A stretch of DNA of 64,000 bases from the NCBI RefSeq assembly GCF_021869535.1, contig NW_026262701.1, forward strand, positions 102,114,001 through 102,178,000, given 5' to 3'. The notes under the pieces are model-generated. The model was not told where the DNA came from. It saw only the letters and a list, made by a program, of their open reading frames with translations, and did no database searches. Of the stretch, positions 62,692 to 64,000 are shown piece by piece. The DNA comes from Mytilus californianus (lineage: Eukaryota). Within the stretch, counting starts at the first letter, position 1; every line of letters starts with the position of its first letter. Made by a program: the position numbers and the translations under genes.

Positions 62692-62960
62692 AATAAATTA
62701 TTTATATATATGATTTTATGTGACGCCATCTGCTATAGGGAACTAAAGGAAATAGGTTGGATGAACATTAGACAAAGGTTTAAGAGCATGAATGTGTTGC
62801 TTTCCTTTTTGAAGGCTGTTTGGAGATATGTATATCAAAGTTTGGAACTTAGCGCCAATCAAATATTTTAAAGTGTTATGACCCTTGGAGATATTAATTA
62901 TGTAGAAAATTGTATTTAAAGCTCTCTTACACCTGCATTTCTTGATATCAAAGGTATATA

Positions 62961-64000
62961 TCAGAATCAGAATAATTTATTATAGTGTCACATACCAATA
63001 TAAAACACAATGAATACATAATTACATAATATGCAATTAAAAATTAAATATTACAATTAAAATATTGGTACCCAGCCAAATTACTGACTTATGAGACACT
63101 TTAAAAATAACACATACTATAAAACAATTAAAACTTATGCATTAAAAATATCATTACGCACAATACCTTCTTCGATAAAACATGTGATGTAAAGTTTTTG
63201 CTAAAAATGGTTGAATTGCATCATTTGACATTAAGAAAACAAATTTGTCTTGTAAATCAAGATCATTAAAAGTCTCACAAATATCACCAGATTTTTTCAT
63301 TAAATCATATCTGAAATCTGCATAAAAATCGCACCTAACAAAAATGTTCTTCATCCTCAACGCAATTCTCTGTACAATATATAGAAGTACGCTCATTTAA
63401 AGGAATTTTTGGCTTGGTGTATCTACCAGTTTCAACTGCCACTTCTAAAATTGGACAAAACACGTCTATGCTGCCTATTATGAACTGGTTTTACATAAGA
63501 ACTAAATTCTAAAACATTTTTATACTTCCTATAAATACGTAATTTATTATCGTTACATTCATTTCTGTCATTAAACAATTTTTCCACCCACTCATTTTTA
63601 TCCATTTCACAGAGTTGGGATTTGATTTCTTGCAACTTATGTCTGATGAAAAAAGTATCATTAAAAACATTTTCAATACCTAAAATTTGTGCTTTCTGTA
63701 TACACTTTTTATCCCATGACCTAGAACAATCCCTACTCCACGCATGAACCTTATATGTAAGTCTCGTATCGTAAGTGTTGCTTACTCTAAGAAAAAGACG
63801 AAAAGTTTCCAAAATTTCTGCTGATTTCGTACTTTTAAGTCCCATATCACCCTGAATGGCTATATTTGACGCATTTGAAGCAGTTCCTAAGAATAACCGA
63901 CATGCTTTGTTCTGTATTACTTATACATCTCTCCAATTTATATGTCCCCAGATTCCAAAACCATATTATAGAACGGGCTCAACTACAGACCTATTAAGTT
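62961..64000 (-). mobile_element. Degraded 3' part of an RTE/RTE-X-like LINE running off the window end
   Basis: KLRIYRKYK..LEFSSYV..RRVLSNFRSGS and RCDFYADFR remnants; short TCTGA-type tail near 62961-62973. Confidence 0.75.

Overview
AT-rich, intron-containing eukaryotic DNA. The repeat families look like those of a bivalve mollusc, probably Mytilus-like (inference). Supported genes: (1) a complete 5-exon PDCD5 (3797-14561, +, 125 aa); (2) two convergent paralogues (36550-39567 + and 42896-44662 -), each with an N-terminal alpha-kinase (eEF2K/MHCK/TRPM7-type) fold and a long unrelated low-complexity tail; both lack the same catalytic aspartates but keep the zinc site, so they look like a pair of alpha-pseudokinases; (3) a tentative 5-exon orphan gene with a signal peptide (55081-62691, +) whose long second intron holds a 35-bp satellite and retroelements. 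The rest is mostly transposon-derived: two families of Naiad-type Penelope-like retroelements (one with a canonical form-2 SECIS in its 3' UTR, present as an inverted pair), RTE/RTE-X-like LINEs, a tRNA-derived SINE, HINE-like elements, and piggyBac-, hAT-, Kolobok- and EnSpm-like non-autonomous elements, several nested. No CRISPR array, rRNA or true tRNA gene was seen. All coordinates, alignments and folds were worked out by eye; no database search was run.
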